From: an uncultured Gemmatimonadales bacterium
GTDB taxonomy: Bacteria > Gemmatimonadota > Gemmatimonadetes > Gemmatimonadales > Gemmatimonadaceae
Length of the DNA: 64,000 bases
Direction of reading: 5' to 3'
NCBI GenBank assembly: GCA_963701965.1
Contig: OY969695.1
Span: forward strand, 2,656,001 to 2,720,000
Shown here: positions 61,704 through 64,000 of the stretch, one piece after another
How the letters are laid out: each line of letters starts with the position of its first letter
Numbering within the stretch: position 1 is the stretch's first letter
The notes under the pieces: model-generated
Database searches by the model: none
What the model was told of the DNA's origin: nothing
The model's input: only the letters and a program-made list of their open reading frames with translations
Position numbers and translations under genes: made by a program

Positions 61704-62618
61704 ATGTCCTACCCCCTCACCGACGACTCCGACGCGCACCGGGTGACCCCGGCGGTGCAGTGGCTGATCGGGATCAATGTCCTGATCTACTTCCTGCAGG
61801 TCACGGTCACGCGCCAAGGCCTGGTCGACCTCCTCGGATTTCGCGCGGCGAACCTGCCGACGCAGTGGTGGACGGTCGTCACGTACATGTTCGTGCACGG
61901 GGGGCTGTTCCATCTCGGCTTCAACATGCTCACGCTCTTTTTCTTTGGCCCGCGCGTCGAGCGGGCCTGGGGCGCGGGGCCGTTCGTCCGGTACTACATC
62001 CTCTGCGGACTCGGGGGGTGGCTGGCGCACCTCATGCTGGCGCGGAACACGACGCTCATCGGGGCGTCGGCGGCGATTTACGGCGTCATGTTGGCCTACG
62101 CGGTGCGGTGGCCCGACGACGAGGTGTATCTCTTTTTTGCAGTGCCGGTCAAGGTCAAATGGTTGGTGGCCATTCTCGTGGTGATCAACCTCGTCATGGG
62201 CCTGGCGCCGGGCGGGGATGTGAGCGGTCTCGCCAACTTCGCGCACCTGGGCGGATTCGCGGCCGGCTGGCTGTATCTGCACTATCCGAGCACGGGCAGC
62301 ATCCAGCGGCTGCGGCAGCGGGTGTCGCAGGTGCCCGACGTGCCGGATGAGACGCCGCGGGCGATTCCCCGGTCGGGACCGGCGCCGCGGTCGCGCGAGC
62401 GGCACGACATCGACGAGATCGTGGCGCGGAGCAAAGCGGCGGTCGTCAAGCGGCCGTCGCCCCCCGCGCCGGCGCCGTTGCGCGTCAATCCGGCCGCGTC
62501 CCGCACCGAGGAATTGGACCTCGTGCTCGACAAGATCAACCGGCAGGGGATGGAGAGCCTGACGGTCGACGAGCGCCGGTTGCTGGACGAGATGTCGCGC
62601 CGGTTGCGCGACCGCTAG
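61704..62618 (+). CDS. Rhomboid intramembrane serine protease with C-terminal extension
   Basis: HLGFNM, GASAA and AHLGG motifs; LDLVLDKI tail. Confidence 0.92.
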   Translation: MSYPLTDDSDAHRVTPAVQWLIGINVLIYFLQVTVTRQGLVDLLGFRAANLPTQWWTVVTYMFVHGGLFHLGFNMLTLFFFGPRVERAWGAGPFVRYYILCGLGGWLAHLMLARNTTLIGASAAIYGVMLAYAVRWPDDEVYLFFAVPVKVKWLVAILVVINLVMGLAPGGDVSGLANFAHLGGFAAGWLYLHYPSTGSIQRLRQRVSQVPDVPDETPRAIPRSGPAPRSRERHDIDEIVARSKAAVVKRPSPPAPAPLRVNPAASRTEELDLVLDKINRQGMESLTVDERRLLDEMSRRLRDR

Positions 62619-63011
62619 ATGCCCCAGCCGGAGCTGCTGGAGTCTTTTCCCAATCCGTACCCGGGGCGCGACTACACGATCGCGATGACGTGTCCCGAGT
62701 TCACGTCGCTCTGTCCCCTGGGCGGCATCGAGAGCGATGCCCGGGAACTGGACCTCCTCAAAGGCGGCGCGCCCGACTTCGGTACGATGATCATCTCGTA
62801 CCGGCCGGACGCGCTGTGCCTCGAGCTCAAAAGCTTGAAGCTCTACCTCTGGAGCTTTCGCAACGACGGCATCTTCTACGAGCGCGCCGTCAACCGCATC
62901 CTCGATGATCTCACCGCCAAGGTGACCCCGACGTGGATGGAAGTCGTTGGCGACTTCAACATCCGCGGCGGCATCAAGTCGGTGATCACGGCGAAGTTCT
63001 CGGCTCCCTGA
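62619..63011 (+). CDS. queF: PreQ0 reductase (NADPH-dependent 7-cyano-7-deazaguanine reductase)
   Basis: EFTSLCP, PDF, ELKSLKLYL and RGGI motifs. Confidence 0.9.
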   Translation: MPQPELLESFPNPYPGRDYTIAMTCPEFTSLCPLGGIESDARELDLLKGGAPDFGTMIISYRPDALCLELKSLKLYLWSFRNDGIFYERAVNRILDDLTAKVTPTWMEVVGDFNIRGGIKSVITAKFSAP

Positions 63012-63018
63012 AAGAGTC

Positions 63019-63211
63019 CTAGAAAGCGTACCGGGCCGAAAGCTGGATCTGGTACACCGACGACAGGTTCGTCGCGCTGTACCGGTTCTGCCCGGAGAGG
63101 GTGAACTCCAGTGAGGGCGCCCGTCGTGATGCTTTGCGCTGCAGCGCGCATCGCGTTCAGGAACAATCCACAGCCGATCGCGACTACGAACCGACAGCGA
63201 AGACTCATCAT
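63019..63211 (-). pseudogene. Remnant of a TonB-dependent receptor gene: signal peptide joined out of frame to the extreme C-terminus
   Basis: GGAG RBS + MMSLRCRFVVAIGCGLFLNAMRAAAQSITTGALTGV, then in another frame FTLSGQNRYSATNLSSVYQIQLSARYAF*. Confidence 0.7.
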
Positions 63212-63359
63212 CCCGTCTCCTGTGAGGTGTAGAGAGCGGGAGAAAATGAAGGTTGACGCTTTACGGTCCGGTAACGTCGACGAAACGAAACGCGTAATTA
63301 TTACGGTCGCATTTCCATCCAAACGCGCGCGAAACGTGGAGTGTATCCCGTATTCCCCA

Positions 63360-64000
63360 TCATACGGCGAGCCGTTGGCGTTCCAGTTCGCGTGAGGCGC
63401 GATCCGCTTCGAGGCTGGGCAGCGTGCGGCCCGCGGCTTCGGCGAACGCGCGCAAGCGTCGCATCATGGCGTCGAAGTGGTCGAACGTAAGACTTTGCTC
63501 GCCATCGGAGCGCGCCGATTCGGGTTCGGGGTGTACCTCGACGATCAGTCCATCGGCGCCCGCGGCGATCGCGGCGAACGCCAGCGGTGCGACGAGCGAG
63601 GCGCGGCCGCCGGCGTGGCTCGGGTCGACGATCACGGGTAAATGCGTCTCGGCCTTGAGGACGGGGACGGCGGCGATGTCGAGCGTGTTGCGCGTGGCGG
63701 TCTCGTAGGTGCGAATGCCGCGCTCGCACAAGATCACGCGCCGGTTGCCGTAGGATAGCACGTACTCGGCCGCCATCAAGAGCTCCTGGATCGTCGCCGA
63801 GAGCCCGCGCTTGAGCAGAACCGGGCGGTCGACGCGGCCGACTTCCGCCAGCAGTGAGAAGTTCTGCATGTTGCGGGCGCCGATCTGGAGACAGTCGGCG
63901 ACCTCGGCGACGGCGTCGACCTGTCGCGGATCCATCACTTCCGTCACGATAGGCAGGCCCGTCTCGGCGCGCGCCTCCGCCAGCATCTCGAGCGCCGGGT
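63360..64000 (-). CDS. aroF: DAHP synthase class I-beta (5'-partial)
   Basis: [25 protein letters not shown] and EVHP motifs. Confidence 0.93.
   Translation of the reverse strand, partial: PALEMLAEARAETGLPIVTEVMDPRQVDAVAEVADCLQIGARNMQNFSLLAEVGRVDRPVLLKRGLSATIQELLMAAEYVLSYGNRRVILCERGIRTYETATRNTLDIAAVPVLKAETHLPVIVDPSHAGGRASLVAPLAFAAIAAGADGLIVEVHPEPESARSDGEQSLTFDHFDAMMRRLRAFAEAAGRTLPSLEADRASRELERQRLAV

Overview
High-GC bacterial chromosomal window, probably Gemmatimonadota. This is inferred from the style of the Ser/Thr kinase, ECF sigma factors and TonB proteins, not from a marker gene. Positions 1-35.6 kb form a C1-oxidation supercluster. It holds a lanthanide-type PQQ methanol dehydrogenase (xoxF, WDYDG motif) with xoxJ, a cytochrome c, pentapeptide and beta-propeller genes; the H4MPT/methanofuran-analogue formaldehyde oxidation genes (fae, mtd, mch, fhcBADC); and cofactor biosynthesis genes (mptG, pabABC, mfnB/E/F-like, citG-like, RimK-like and others). 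Embedded in it is a predicted periplasmic module: SoxY-like and SoxZ-like genes plus an MBL-double-rhodanese fusion, flanked by two signal-peptide-bearing JAB/MPN-like metalloproteases. This is my best candidate for an undescribed system. Positions 35.8-64 kb are mostly housekeeping, but include a split membrane-anchored Cas4-like nuclease with no CRISPR array and a TonB-dependent receptor gene reduced to its two ends. A family of ~65-bp double-hairpin elements occurs as in-frame insertions in two proteins, as an intergenic copy and as a tandem array. About a dozen single-base frameshifts, mostly at a GATG motif, look like sequencing errors rather than pseudogenes. All calls are by eye from motifs; no searches were run.
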